In this document: piece by piece, positions 51,763 through 61,455 of the stretch | Layout of the letters: each line of letters opens with the position of its first letter | How positions within the stretch are numbered: position 1 is the first letter of the stretch | DNA from: Gemmatimonas sp. | Lineage (GTDB): Bacteria; Gemmatimonadota; Gemmatimonadetes; Gemmatimonadales; Gemmatimonadaceae | Assembly: GCA_040379205.1 (NCBI GenBank) | Contig: JBEILM010000005.1 | Location: 486-64,485, forward strand | Direction: 5' to 3' | Length of the DNA stretch: 64,000 nt | Position numbers and translations under genes: made by a program | Notes under the pieces: generated by a model | Told to the model about the DNA's origin: nothing | The model's input: only the letters and a program-made list of their open reading frames with translations | Database searches by the model: none

Positions 51763-52673
51763 GTATAGCGCTCCTCGGTGGCGGGCAACGGAACGGTGCG
51801 CCGACGCCGATCCCCCGTGGTGCGCGGGCGACGCGCGGCACGTGACCGGGTGAGGCCATCCAACTCGGACCAGGTCCGAATCCCCTCGCAATCGGCGAGT
51901 TGGAGCATGCGGCAGAGGGCACGCGCCGTGGCCACGGCATCGCCAGCCGCCCGGTGCCGCGCCTCGATCTCGATCCCGAAGTAGCGGCTGAGATGATCCA
52001 GCGAGCGCCTCGGCAGATCCGGGAGCAGGGCCTTGGCCAGCCGCACCGTACACAGCGACGGCCCGACGAGTTCGAACCCGGCGGCCCGACGTAGTTCGGC
52101 AGAGACGAACCGCCAGTCGAACGCGGCATTGTGCGCCACGAACACCGCCCCCTGCAGCCGCCGACGCACCTCGTCCGCCACATCCCGGAACAGCGGTTGA
52201 TCGCGCACCATCTCCTGCGTGATCTGGGTCAGCGAGGTGATGTAGGCCGGAATGGCGCGCTCCGGGTTGACCAGCTGGGCGAACACCTCCGTGATTTCGC
52301 CGCCCTCGACGTGGGCAATGGCGATCTCCGTGATGCGATCGCCCATCGCCGCGCGGGTCCCGGTGGTTTCGACATCGACCACGGCGAAGGTGATGTCTGA
52401 AAGGCGCGGGCCGGACTCGGGACCAGTCTCTCGACGATCGGTCCTGGCCTGACGACGCTCGCGCAGGGCCCAGTGGCCACTCGGCAGCCGGACGAATTCC
52501 GGATGCGGGGAAAGCAGCGCCTCGGCCATGCGCTCGGCCGCCTCGGGCTGGAGCCGATCGACCTGACAGACATCACGCATCAGCGTCAGCGCATCGACCG
52601 GCCCGTTGGCCAATCGCCGCACCGCCCTCGCCGACAGCGTCGTCGGCCGTGTAATGAAAGACGTTCCGAACAC
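51759..52673 (-). CDS. DEDDh 3'-5' exonuclease (DnaQ/PolC-like) with extra N-terminal domain
   Basis: VVDVETTG, VAHNAAFD, LCT, HRAAGDA. Confidence 0.88.
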   Translation of the reverse strand: MFGTSFITRPTTLSARAVRRLANGPVDALTLMRDVCQVDRLQPEAAERMAEALLSPHPEFVRLPSGHWALRERRQARTDRRETGPESGPRLSDITFAVVDVETTGTRAAMGDRITEIAIAHVEGGEITEVFAQLVNPERAIPAYITSLTQITQEMVRDQPLFRDVADEVRRRLQGAVFVAHNAAFDWRFVSAELRRAAGFELVGPSLCTVRLAKALLPDLPRRSLDHLSRYFGIEIEARHRAAGDAVATARALCRMLQLADCEGIRTWSELDGLTRSRAARRPRTTGDRRRRTVPLPATEERYT

Positions 52674-52724
52674 GAGGGACAAGATACAGCCGGTGCTGGA
52701 ATTGCGTGAAGCCGTCGTCTACCT

Positions 52725-52742
52725 TTGTGAAGAATTTCACAA
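52725..52742. promoter_or_regulatory. Rex operator
   Basis: TTGTGAA-GAAT-TTCACAA, an exact match to the Rex consensus TTGTGAA-N4-TTCACAA, 16 nt upstream of the rex start. Confidence 0.92.
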
Positions 52743-52758
52743 GCCCAAGCCTGCCGCC

Positions 52759-53403
52759 GTGAAACGCATCGCCGACTCCACTGTCCGCCGCCTGTCCATG
52801 TACCTCCGCTACCTTGAGGACCTCGACACCCGGGGACATCAAACCGCCTCCAGCGACGAGCTGGCTCATCTGTGCGGCACCACGCCGGCGCAGGTTCGCA
52901 AGGACCTCTCGTTCTTCGGCTCGTTCGGCAAGCGCGGCCTCGGCTATCCAGTGCACGAACTCACCGCGCACCTTCGGGACATTCTCGGGCTCCAGCGGGA
53001 ATGGAAGGTCATCATCGTCGGCGCGGGAAAGATCGGCGCGGCGCTCGCCAACTACCGCGGGTTCCGTCAGCGCGGCTTCACGGTGGTGGGCGTCTACGAC
53101 AACGACCCACGCAAAGTCGGCCAGCCGTGGGGCGAGTCGATCATCCGCTCGATGGACGCGCTCGACGCCGACATCGCCCGCGAGGGAACGCCCATTGCGG
53201 TGCTCGCCATCCCGGCCGAAAACGCACAAACCGTGGTGGACCGCATCGTCGAGGCCGGCATTCGCGCCATCCTGAACTTTGCGCCGGCCCAGATCAGCGT
53301 GCCCCCCCACGTGTCGCTCAAGTCGGTGAACATGGCAATGGAGCTGGAAGGGCTCTCGTTCGCGCTCACCAACGGCGGCGCCTTCGATCAGGGCGCGGCC
53401 TGA
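52759..53403 (+). CDS. rex: Redox-sensing transcriptional repressor Rex
   Basis: RRLSMYLRYL, SSDELA, QVRKDLSFFGSFGKRGLGY, VGAGKIG, ILNFAP. Confidence 0.97.
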   Translation: MKRIADSTVRRLSMYLRYLEDLDTRGHQTASSDELAHLCGTTPAQVRKDLSFFGSFGKRGLGYPVHELTAHLRDILGLQREWKVIIVGAGKIGAALANYRGFRQRGFTVVGVYDNDPRKVGQPWGESIIRSMDALDADIAREGTPIAVLAIPAENAQTVVDRIVEAGIRAILNFAPAQISVPPHVSLKSVNMAMELEGLSFALTNGGAFDQGAA

Positions 53404-54227
53404 CTCCGCGGCGCGGACAGCGCCCGGACGAGCGTCGCAAAACCCGCCGGCGAGAGCGTTTCCGGACGCGCCTCCGGTGACAGCCCGCACGCCGTGACGA
53501 TCTCGAGCGCCTGCACGGCGTCGAGATGCGACACGGTCCGCACCACACGCACGAGTTGCTTGCGCCGCAGACCAAACGCGGCAAGCACGAAGCTGCGAAA
53601 GCGCGCCTCGAGCGGGGCCTCGATGACCGGATCCGTGCGTGGGACCAGCCGCACCACCGCCGAATCCACCGCGGGCGGCGGATTGAAGGCCCCCGGCGGC
53701 ACGTGCCGCACGAGCTCGACGTGCACGAGGGCCTGCAGATTCACGCTGAGCGCTCCGTACGTCTTGCTCCCCGGCGCCGCCGCCATGCGCTCTGCCACTT
53801 CCTTCTGCACGAGGTACACCGCCACCTCGGGACGCGGCACCTCGAGCGCGTGAAAGATGATCGGCGTCGTGATGTAGTACGGCACGTTGCCGGCCAGCAC
53901 ATACGGCCCGCCCGCCAGGTCGGCGAGCGAGCGGGTGAGCACGTCGCCCTCCACGATCTCGACGTGCGGCTGCGCCGCATAGCGCGCCCTGAGGTGCTGC
54001 ACGAGGTCGCGATCCACCTCGATGGCCACGACCCGCGCGGCCCGGGTCACCAGCCGGTCGGTGAGCGCGCCACGCCCGGGGCCAATCTCCACGACCGTGC
54101 GCCCCGCGAGGTCACCAAGGGCGTCGGCGATGCCGTCGAGCACGCTCGTGTCCTTGAGGAAGTGCTGCCCGAATCGTTTGCGCGGTGGCGGCAGACGGTC
54201 GCCGCGGGACCCGACCGGAGGCATCAT
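53388..54227 (-). CDS. rsmA: 16S rRNA m6,2A1518/1519 dimethyltransferase
   Basis: RKRFGQHFL, VEIGPGRG, NVPYYITTP, FNPPPAVDS, RPETL. Confidence 0.96.
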   Translation of the reverse strand: MMPPVGSRGDRLPPPRKRFGQHFLKDTSVLDGIADALGDLAGRTVVEIGPGRGALTDRLVTRAARVVAIEVDRDLVQHLRARYAAQPHVEIVEGDVLTRSLADLAGGPYVLAGNVPYYITTPIIFHALEVPRPEVAVYLVQKEVAERMAAAPGSKTYGALSVNLQALVHVELVRHVPPGAFNPPPAVDSAVVRLVPRTDPVIEAPLEARFRSFVLAAFGLRRKQLVRVVRTVSHLDAVQALEIVTACGLSPEARPETLSPAGFATLVRALSAPRSQAAP

Positions 54228-55858
54228 GGCCGGTCCACCACGATCACAGTGCAGTCGTCGCGCAACGGCGTCCGCGCCACGTGGGCGTCGAGTTGCGCGA
54301 AGAGCGCCTGCAGAATCTCCGTCGGTGCTTCGCCGTGCGTCATCGAGGTGAGGGTCTCCAGCACCGCCTGTTCGGTGAGCCGCTGATCGCGGGGGTTGCG
54401 GGCGTCGACGACCCCGTCGGTGAAGAACACGAGCCGATCGCCGGCATTCCACCGCATCACGCACTCCTCGATCGGTTCATCGCTGAATCCGATCGGCGGC
54501 GCGACTGCGGCCAGACGCGTGCATTCCCCCTGGGCCGTGAGCCGGAACGCATGCGGATGTCCCGCATTCGCGAAGCGCAACTCGCCGGCGCGGCTGTCGA
54601 TCACCGCGTAGCAGAGCGAGATCGACATCTCCGTGGACATGAGTTCGTCGCGCAATGAGCGCTGCACCGCCTCAAGGGCAATCGAGGGATCGAACGCCGC
54701 CTGCACATGAATGCCGGCCGCGCTCAGGGCCAGGGCCATGACCAACGCCGACTGATACCCGTGCCCCGACACGTCGCCGATCAGCACCCCCGTGCGATCG
54801 CGATCGAGGCGCGCGAGGAGGAAAAAGTCGCCCCCGACACTCTCCGCCGGCACCACGCGTGACGCGGCACGCGCCTCGGGGAGCACCACGGTCGGACTGG
54901 GGAGCAGCTTGAGCTGGAGTTCGTGGGCCAGTTGCAGTTCGCGCACGAGCTGCCGACGTTCGACCGCGGCCCGCACCAGCGTGGCGTTGTGCATCGCGGT
55001 CCCGATCTGCGTGCTCACCGCCACCGCCAGCTTGCGGTCACCGGCGGTGAAGGGCGCTCCCCCATCGCGCCCGCCCAGCACTAGCACCCCGAGCGGGACC
55101 GCGACGCCGTCGGCACCCCGGCGGGTGGGCACGGCAAAAGTGCCCGTGATGCCGACGCCGGAACTCGGCCGCGTGATCGCCACGGCCAGCAACGGCGCCC
55201 TGCGTCCGGCGATGACCGGATCCGCCTCGGCCGCCGCGCTGCCATCCTCGGTGCAGGCGCTGCCGGCGTGGAACGCGCGCACGGCGATGTGGTCGGGCCG
55301 GTCCATGGCCACACTCGGATAGACCGTCTCGCCCAGCCCCAGCGTGGCGATGGGATCGAGCGTGCCCTGCCGCCGGTTCGTCTGCAGGAACACGGCCCGC
55401 TTCGCCCCGACGGTCGCGGCCAGTTCGCCCAGCAGGGTGTCGGCGACACTTTCGACCGAGGTGGTGCCCCCCAGCAGTTCGCCGATGGCATAGAGGAGGT
55501 TGATTTCCTCGTAGCGTTCGGCGAGTTCGCGGGTGGCCCCGTCACGCTCGCGCGTGAGCCGGCGGATGATGGGCACCAACCGACCGAGCAGGCGATCGGC
55601 ATCGACGGCATGGCCCGGCTGCGCGAACAGCCAACCGACGCTGTCTCCCGTCGTGATGAGTTGCGCCTGCAGCCCCTGCCCGCGCGCCCAGGTGGCCACA
55701 TCCCACGCGAGGGCGCCAGCCTCGGTGCGGCGCGCGAAGGCATCGGACGAGCTTCCGAGGAGTGTCGGGACGGCCACTCCTTCTCGCCGTTCCCATATCG
55801 CCGCTTCGCGCCCGGTGGCCTCGAGGAACGCGGCCAGCAGGGCAGCGACTTCGGTCAT
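54224..55858 (-). CDS. GAF + SpoIIE/PP2C-family phosphatase (RsbU-like)
   Basis: VGGDFF, IGDVSGHG, ANAGHP, FFTDGV, DDCT; GAF domain upstream. Confidence 0.92.
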   Translation of the reverse strand: MTEVAALLAAFLEATGREAAIWERREGVAVPTLLGSSSDAFARRTEAGALAWDVATWARGQGLQAQLITTGDSVGWLFAQPGHAVDADRLLGRLVPIIRRLTRERDGATRELAERYEEINLLYAIGELLGGTTSVESVADTLLGELAATVGAKRAVFLQTNRRQGTLDPIATLGLGETVYPSVAMDRPDHIAVRAFHAGSACTEDGSAAAEADPVIAGRRAPLLAVAITRPSSGVGITGTFAVPTRRGADGVAVPLGVLVLGGRDGGAPFTAGDRKLAVAVSTQIGTAMHNATLVRAAVERRQLVRELQLAHELQLKLLPSPTVVLPEARAASRVVPAESVGGDFFLLARLDRDRTGVLIGDVSGHGYQSALVMALALSAAGIHVQAAFDPSIALEAVQRSLRDELMSTEMSISLCYAVIDSRAGELRFANAGHPHAFRLTAQGECTRLAAVAPPIGFSDEPIEECVMRWNAGDRLVFFTDGVVDARNPRDQRLTEQAVLETLTSMTHGEAPTEILQALFAQLDAHVARTPLRDDCTVIVVDRP

Positions 55859-56367
55859 GGACGATGCAGCACGAGCCGGAGGCGATGGCCGGCGCCGCCA
55901 TCCGCGCAGGCATTCTCCACCCGATCCATGAGCGCCCGCATGAGGAAGACCCCCCGTCCATCCTCGCGCTCGAACCAATCGGCCTCGGCGGTCGACTGTT
56001 CGACCGCACTCAGGTCGAAACCGGCACCCTGGTCGGCCACCTCCACCACCAGACCGGCCGCCGAAATGTCGACGGTCAGGCCCACCCGGGCGCCCGGCTC
56101 CCCGCGATTGCCGCGCAGCATGGCGTTGGCGAGCGCCTCGGTGACGGCCACCGGCACGTTGAGCCCGCACTGGCGGTCCGAGAACCCGGCGGCTCGGCAG
56201 AGCGACACGATTTCGCGCACGACCGGCTCGATTTCGTGCACATCCGATGGAAGCGCCCACTGGCGCGACGTGACCGTGGCTGGCACCGCCGGACGGGCGG
56301 ACGGACTACGGCCGGTACCATCGACCGTGTCGGCCTGCGGACGGACACTGCGACGGCGGATGGCCAC
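55855..56367 (-). CDS. Anti-sigma factor Ser/Thr kinase (RsbW/SpoIIAB-like)
   Basis: AVTEALANAMLRGN, VADQGAGFD, DGRGVFLM. Confidence 0.9.
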   Translation of the reverse strand: MAIRRRSVRPQADTVDGTGRSPSARPAVPATVTSRQWALPSDVHEIEPVVREIVSLCRAAGFSDRQCGLNVPVAVTEALANAMLRGNRGEPGARVGLTVDISAAGLVVEVADQGAGFDLSAVEQSTAEADWFEREDGRGVFLMRALMDRVENACADGGAGHRLRLVLHRP

Positions 56368-56371
56368 CGGC

Positions 56372-56704
56372 TCAGCGACCGGCCAGCGCGTCCGCGCGCG
56401 TCGCGTAGAGCGGGAAGAGCGCGTCCAGTCGGGTCAGCTCGAACAGGGCCCGCAGATCGTCGTTCAGGCCGATCAACCGCAGGTCGCCGCCCACCTCGCG
56501 CAGCCGCCGGCTCAGCGAGACCAACGCCCCGAGCCCCGAACTGTCGATGTACCCGGCGTTCGCGAAGTCGACGAGCACCAGGCGCGCCCCCTGCTCGACC
56601 GCATCGAGGATGGCCTGCTTGAACTCGTGCCGATTACTCACGACGAGTTGCTCGTCGACGGTCACGCTCAGCAGGTCGTCGGTGCGATCCAGCGCAAAAC
56701 TCAT
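56372..56704 (-). CDS. STAS anti-sigma factor antagonist (RsbV/SpoIIAA-like)
   Basis: DFANAGYIDSSGLGALV, LFELTRL. Confidence 0.92.
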   Translation of the reverse strand: MSFALDRTDDLLSVTVDEQLVVSNRHEFKQAILDAVEQGARLVLVDFANAGYIDSSGLGALVSLSRRLREVGGDLRLIGLNDDLRALFELTRLDALFPLYATRADALAGR

Positions 56705-56717
56705 GGCGGAACTCAGG

Positions 56718-57743
56718 CTACGGGGTGGACGGGCGGTCGGGATCGGCTGCCTGCAGCGCCGTGATGGCTGCCGCGTGTACAATGTCGTCGGCCGTTGCCC
56801 CTCGCGACAAGTCACTGCAGGGTCTGGCGAGACCCTGGAGGATGGGGCCGACGGCCGTGCCGTGGGCCAACCGCTGAGTCAGCTTGTAGGCGATGTTGCC
56901 GGCATCGAGCGACGGAAAGACGAGCACGTTGGCGACCCCCGCAGCGGGCTCGCCGGGCGCCTTGCGGCGCGCCAGTTCGGGAATGAGTGCGGCATCCACC
57001 TGCAGCTCCCCCGACACCTGCAGAGTGGGCTCGGCGGCCTGCACCAGCGCCACCGCCTCCCGCACCTTGCTGACCGACGGCCCGTCGGCGCTGCCCATCG
57101 TGCTGTAGGACAGGAAGGCCACCCGCGGTTCGTCGCCCACGATCCGGCGCCGGGCCGTCGCCGCCGCCAGGGCGATGTCGGCCAGCTGACGCGCGGACGG
57201 ATCGGGCACGACGGCGCAATCGGTGTATGTGAGCACCTCGCTCGTCTCCCCGCGAAATGGCGGCACGATGAGATAGAACGAAGACGACACCGTGCGTACG
57301 CCCGGCGCGGTGCCGATGGTCCAGAGGGCCGCCCGCAGCACATCGGCGGTCGTGTGCACTGCACCGGCCACGCACCCATCGGCCTCGCCGAGTGCGACCA
57401 GACTGTCGGCGAAGTAGAGGGGATCGCGCGCCAGCCGTTCCGCCTCCTCGCGCGTCAGCCCCTTGTCGCCCCGCCGCGCCAGCAGGTGGGCCACCACCCG
57501 GGGGGTGCGCGGGTCTTCGAGCGGATCGAGCATCTCGACGCCGGCGGCCACGACACCGGTGGGGGCGTCGCTGCGCCGCACCAGCACCGGGCGTACGCTA
57601 CCCCGCTTCCCGAGCGCGAGCGCCGCCTGGACCGTGCGGGGATCGGTGGCCTCGGGGAACAGGATGCACCGCGGATTCGCCCCCGCCCTCGCGTGCACCG
57701 CCTCGAGAAAGGCGCTCGCCGCCGACGCCACGGCGACACTCAT
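56718..57743 (-). CDS. pta: Phosphate acetyltransferase (short Pta)
   Basis: [50 protein letters not shown]. Confidence 0.9.
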   Translation of the reverse strand: MSVAVASAASAFLEAVHARAGANPRCILFPEATDPRTVQAALALGKRGSVRPVLVRRSDAPTGVVAAGVEMLDPLEDPRTPRVVAHLLARRGDKGLTREEAERLARDPLYFADSLVALGEADGCVAGAVHTTADVLRAALWTIGTAPGVRTVSSSFYLIVPPFRGETSEVLTYTDCAVVPDPSARQLADIALAAATARRRIVGDEPRVAFLSYSTMGSADGPSVSKVREAVALVQAAEPTLQVSGELQVDAALIPELARRKAPGEPAAGVANVLVFPSLDAGNIAYKLTQRLAHGTAVGPILQGLARPCSDLSRGATADDIVHAAAITALQAADPDRPSTP

Positions 57744-58297
57744 GGCGCCGCCGTCCCGGCCGCACGGGCGGCATAGCGGGCAATGAGCGCGTCGCCCACG
57801 GCCGGATGCACCAGACCGGACACGTCGCCGCCGAACTTCGCCACTTCCCGCACCATGCTCGAGCTGATGTACGTGGTATCGAGCGAGGGCGTCATGAACA
57901 CGGTCTCGAGTTCCGGCCGCAAATGCCGGTTCATGAGCGCGATCTGAAACTCATACTCGAAGTCGCTCACGGCGCGCAGTCCGCGCACGTTCACGCGCGC
58001 GCCCACTTCCCGCGCAAAATCCACCAGCAGGCCGGTGAAGGTCCGCACCTCGATGCGCGGATCGTTGCCGGTGACCTCCCGGATGAACCCCACCCGCTCC
58101 TTCACCGAGAACAGCGGCTGCTTGTTCATGTTGTTGGCCACCGCCACGATGAGCCGGTCGGCGAAGGTCAGGGTCCGGGTGATGAGATCTTCGTGTCCGT
58201 GCGTGATCGGATCGAAGGAGCCGGCGTAGAGCGCCAGCAACGGCGTCCGCGCGGCGATGGCGGGCGCGGAGAGCGCCTGAGATGCGGGCTTCGTCAC
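57740..58297 (-). CDS. coaD: Phosphopantetheine adenylyltransferase
   Basis: [34 protein letters not shown]. Confidence 0.97.
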   Translation of the reverse strand: MTKPASQALSAPAIAARTPLLALYAGSFDPITHGHEDLITRTLTFADRLIVAVANNMNKQPLFSVKERVGFIREVTGNDPRIEVRTFTGLLVDFAREVGARVNVRGLRAVSDFEYEFQIALMNRHLRPELETVFMTPSLDTTYISSSMVREVAKFGGDVSGLVHPAVGDALIARYAARAAGTAAP

Positions 58298-58815
58298 GAC
58301 GCGACGCGGAAGAAGGTCAGGGCAGTGGAACCGTACCGGCGGGTCTCCCCGATCGCCGGCAGGGCGACTGCGGAGGAATGTTCCACCGCGAACACCGAGG
58401 CGAAAGGGACCGCCATCCAGCAGTCCACCAGTTGCTGCGCCGTTGGCGCGTCGTACGGCGGATCGGCGAAGGCCAGGTCGTACGCGCCCGCCGGCAGGCG
58501 CGACACAAAGCGCACCGCCTCATCCCGATGCACGGCGGCCCCGGGGTGCCCACCCAGCGCCTCAAGATTGCCCTGGAGTACCTTGAGCACGCGGGGCGAC
58601 TCTTCGACGAAGTCGCATTCAGCGGCACCACGGGAAAGGCATTCGAGTCCCAGCGCACCACTCCCGGCACAGAGATCGAGCACCCGGGCGTCGGGGAGCA
58701 GCGAGTGCACGATGCTCATCCACGCCTCGCGGACCCGGTCGCCCGTGGGGCGCACGAGGTCTCCAGGGGGCGCCACGATGCGCCGCCCTTTCCATCGTCC
58801 CGCAATGATGCGCAT
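58294..58815 (-). CDS. rsmD: 16S rRNA m2G966 methyltransferase
   Basis: MRIIAGRWKGR, RPTGDRVRE, DLCAGSGALGLE, FADPPY. Confidence 0.94.
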   Translation of the reverse strand: MRIIAGRWKGRRIVAPPGDLVRPTGDRVREAWMSIVHSLLPDARVLDLCAGSGALGLECLSRGAAECDFVEESPRVLKVLQGNLEALGGHPGAAVHRDEAVRFVSRLPAGAYDLAFADPPYDAPTAQQLVDCWMAVPFASVFAVEHSSAVALPAIGETRRYGSTALTFFRVAS

Positions 58816-58818
58816 GAA

Positions 58819-60585
58819 TCAGACTCCGGCGGGGCGCACGTCGGCGACCCGCAGTTGCAGGCGCGAGGCGCCGCGATACTCGTCACGTTCGAGCTTGAAG
58901 GCCACATCGAGTGGTTGCGATACGTCGAGCGAGGGCGTGCGGCCGGCGAGCCCCCAGCCGATGCCTTCGAGGGCCCCGCTGGCCACGTCGAAGCTCATCT
59001 TCAGCCCATCGGTTCCCACCCGCCGCGGCGGCGCCGCCAGGCGCACGCCACCGGCGCGGAACAGCGGAGCCGGATTGCCGATCCCGAAGGGCTCGAAATG
59101 CCGCACCAGTTTCTCGAGATCCTCGCCAACCTCGTCGATCGGCACATCGAGATCCACCCGCAGTACCGGCACGAGATCGTCGGGGGACAGGCGCGTCCGT
59201 GCGACCTCGTCGAACCGCTCGACGAACTGTGGCAGGCGCGCGGCGTCCATGGTGAGTCCCGCGGCGGCCCGATGCCCACCGAAGCGCTGAAAGAGATCGG
59301 CACAGGCGCCAAGCGCGCCGTGAAGATCGAAAGCGCTGATCGAGCGCCCCGAGCCCTTCCCCACCCCGTCGTCCACGGCCACCAGCACCGCCGGCCGTGC
59401 CGTCTGCTCCACGATGCGCGAGGCCACGATGCCGATCACCCCGGCATGCCAGCCACGCTGCCACACCACATGGCCGACGCGATCGCGCATGTCGTCGCGA
59501 TCGACCTGCCGCAGCGCCTCGTCCAGCACCACCCGATCAAGATCCTGGCGCGCACGATTGAGCTCCTCGAGCTCACGGGCGATGATGTTCGCCTCATCCT
59601 CGCGTTCGGCCAGCAGCAGCTGGAGCCCCCGTTTCGCATCGGCGATGCGGCCCGCGGCGTTGAGGCGCGGCGCGAGCACGAACCCCACTCGCCCTGCGGT
59701 GAGCGGCTTGCCATCGAGCCCGGAGGACCGCATCAGCGCCCGCAGCCCCGGATGAGTCGTTTCGGCCAGAAGCTTGAGTCCGTAGCGCACGAGCACCCGA
59801 TTCTCACCGCGCAGCGGCGCCACGTCGGCGATGGTCGCCAACGCCACAAGGTCGAGCTGTCGATGCGCGAGCCCGGGCGACACGCCAAACGCCTCGCAGA
59901 GGCCCAGGGCGAGCTTGTACGCCACGCCGACCGCCGCGAGGTCCTTGTCGGTGGACGCGCACAGCGGCTGACGCGGATTGCAGACGGCGTAGGCCGGCGG
60001 CAGACCGTGGCCCGGCAAATGGTGGTCGGTGACGATCACGTCGACGCCGGCCGCCATGAGCGCCCGCACCGGCTCGTGGGCACTCGTCCCGCAGTCACAC
60101 GTCACCACCAGCCTGGCGCCAGCCGCGCGGGCGGCAGCCACCCCCGCCGCGCCGAGGTCGTATCCGTCGGTGAGGCGATTGGGCACGAAGGGCACCACGT
60201 GCCGGGCGCCGAGTCCGCGCAGCACGCGCGTGAGCAACGCGGTGGACGACATGCCGTCCACGTCATAATCGCCGTGCACGAAGATCGTCTCCTGGCGCCG
60301 GACCGCGTCAGCAATGCGGGACACCGCCCGCTCGGCATCGTGGAGCCGGTCGTGACGCTCGACATGCTCGAGTCGTGGGCGCAGAAAGCGCCTGGCGGCG
60401 TCGGCGTCGGTGTATCCGCGACCGGCGAGCAGGCGGCAGACGCTCTCCGGCAGCAGCAGCGACGTCATCAGCGCCTGCACGATCTCGACCGGCGGCGGGG
60501 ACGCCGGCACCCAACGCGCCTCGGGGCGCATCGGACTGCCGACGCCTCGCGCGGGGCGAATGGGGGACACGGGGGGAGCGGACAC
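58819..60585 (-). CDS. recJ: ssDNA-specific exonuclease RecJ
   Basis: GDYDVDG, TCDCG, TDHH, TIADV, PRLNAAGR, GSGRS, GGHRAAAG. Confidence 0.96.
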   Translation of the reverse strand: MSAPPVSPIRPARGVGSPMRPEARWVPASPPPVEIVQALMTSLLLPESVCRLLAGRGYTDADAARRFLRPRLEHVERHDRLHDAERAVSRIADAVRRQETIFVHGDYDVDGMSSTALLTRVLRGLGARHVVPFVPNRLTDGYDLGAAGVAAARAAGARLVVTCDCGTSAHEPVRALMAAGVDVIVTDHHLPGHGLPPAYAVCNPRQPLCASTDKDLAAVGVAYKLALGLCEAFGVSPGLAHRQLDLVALATIADVAPLRGENRVLVRYGLKLLAETTHPGLRALMRSSGLDGKPLTAGRVGFVLAPRLNAAGRIADAKRGLQLLLAEREDEANIIARELEELNRARQDLDRVVLDEALRQVDRDDMRDRVGHVVWQRGWHAGVIGIVASRIVEQTARPAVLVAVDDGVGKGSGRSISAFDLHGALGACADLFQRFGGHRAAAGLTMDAARLPQFVERFDEVARTRLSPDDLVPVLRVDLDVPIDEVGEDLEKLVRHFEPFGIGNPAPLFRAGGVRLAAPPRRVGTDGLKMSFDVASGALEGIGWGLAGRTPSLDVSQPLDVAFKLERDEYRGASRLQLRVADVRPAGV

Positions 60586-60679
60586 CCGCGTAATCTACCG
60601 GGGGACGGCGCGCAGAGGCACCCGAAACAACGCCGCCAGGATCACGGCAACGCCACGGTCCCCCGCGGCCGCCCGGCAG

Positions 60680-61408
60680 TTACGCGGGCGGCACGTCCGC
60701 AGGCGCCGGCTGGAAATACAGCAGCACGCCACACGCCTCGCACGGTTCGATGCGCATGCCGGTGGACATTGCCGGGCGCCGCTGCAGCGGAATGGCCGTA
60801 TCACACGCACTGCAGCAGAAATCGCGCAGCTCCACCAGCACCGTCGTCCGACGCTTGCTCTGCACCCGATCGTACTTGGCGAGCAACCCCGCTTCGACCC
60901 CCCGCGCCGACAGGGCCCGCCTGGCCCGCGCGGCGGCCAGCTCGGCCGCCAGCGCCGCCGCCTCTGCGCCAATGGTGGACCGAGCCGCCGCCTGCTCGGC
61001 GGTGACCTGCTCGAGCACCTCCCGGTGCGCCGCGAGCGCGGTGCGAAGGTCGGCCACCCGCCGCATGACGGCGTGCAACTCGCTCTCCTCTTCGGCGAGC
61101 GCACGCCGGGCCGCCTCGACCTGGGTGCCGGCGGCAGTGGCCTCCTTCACCTTGTGCGCATTGTTGAGCAGGGCGACGCTCTTCTCGTGCCGTGCCCGAT
61201 GATCGGCAAGGCGCCCCTCGGTGAGCCGCTGCTTGACCCGTTCGCGTTCAAGGTCGGCCTCGGCGCGAGCCACGCGATCCTGCGCCCGGCGCTGCGACGC
61301 GTCGAGTGCGGCCATGCGAGGCGCCAGCGCCGCCCCGCGTGCCTCGAGCTCGCGAATGGCTTCGTCTTCGCCCTGCACGACCAGCAACGCCTGCACGTCC
61401 GGATTCAC
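60680..61408 (-). CDS. Coiled-coil protein with C-terminal C4 zinc ribbon
   Basis: Long coiled coil then CSAC...CEACG; GGGGAG RBS before GTG 61408. Confidence 0.85.
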   Translation of the reverse strand: MNPDVQALLVVQGEDEAIRELEARGAALAPRMAALDASQRRAQDRVARAEADLERERVKQRLTEGRLADHRARHEKSVALLNNAHKVKEATAAGTQVEAARRALAEEESELHAVMRRVADLRTALAAHREVLEQVTAEQAAARSTIGAEAAALAAELAAARARRALSARGVEAGLLAKYDRVQSKRRTTVLVELRDFCCSACDTAIPLQRRPAMSTGMRIEPCEACGVLLYFQPAPADVPPA

Positions 61409-61455
61409 GTCTCCCCCAGCGTTGAACGACACCGGCGCCGACGATCGCGGCCCGA

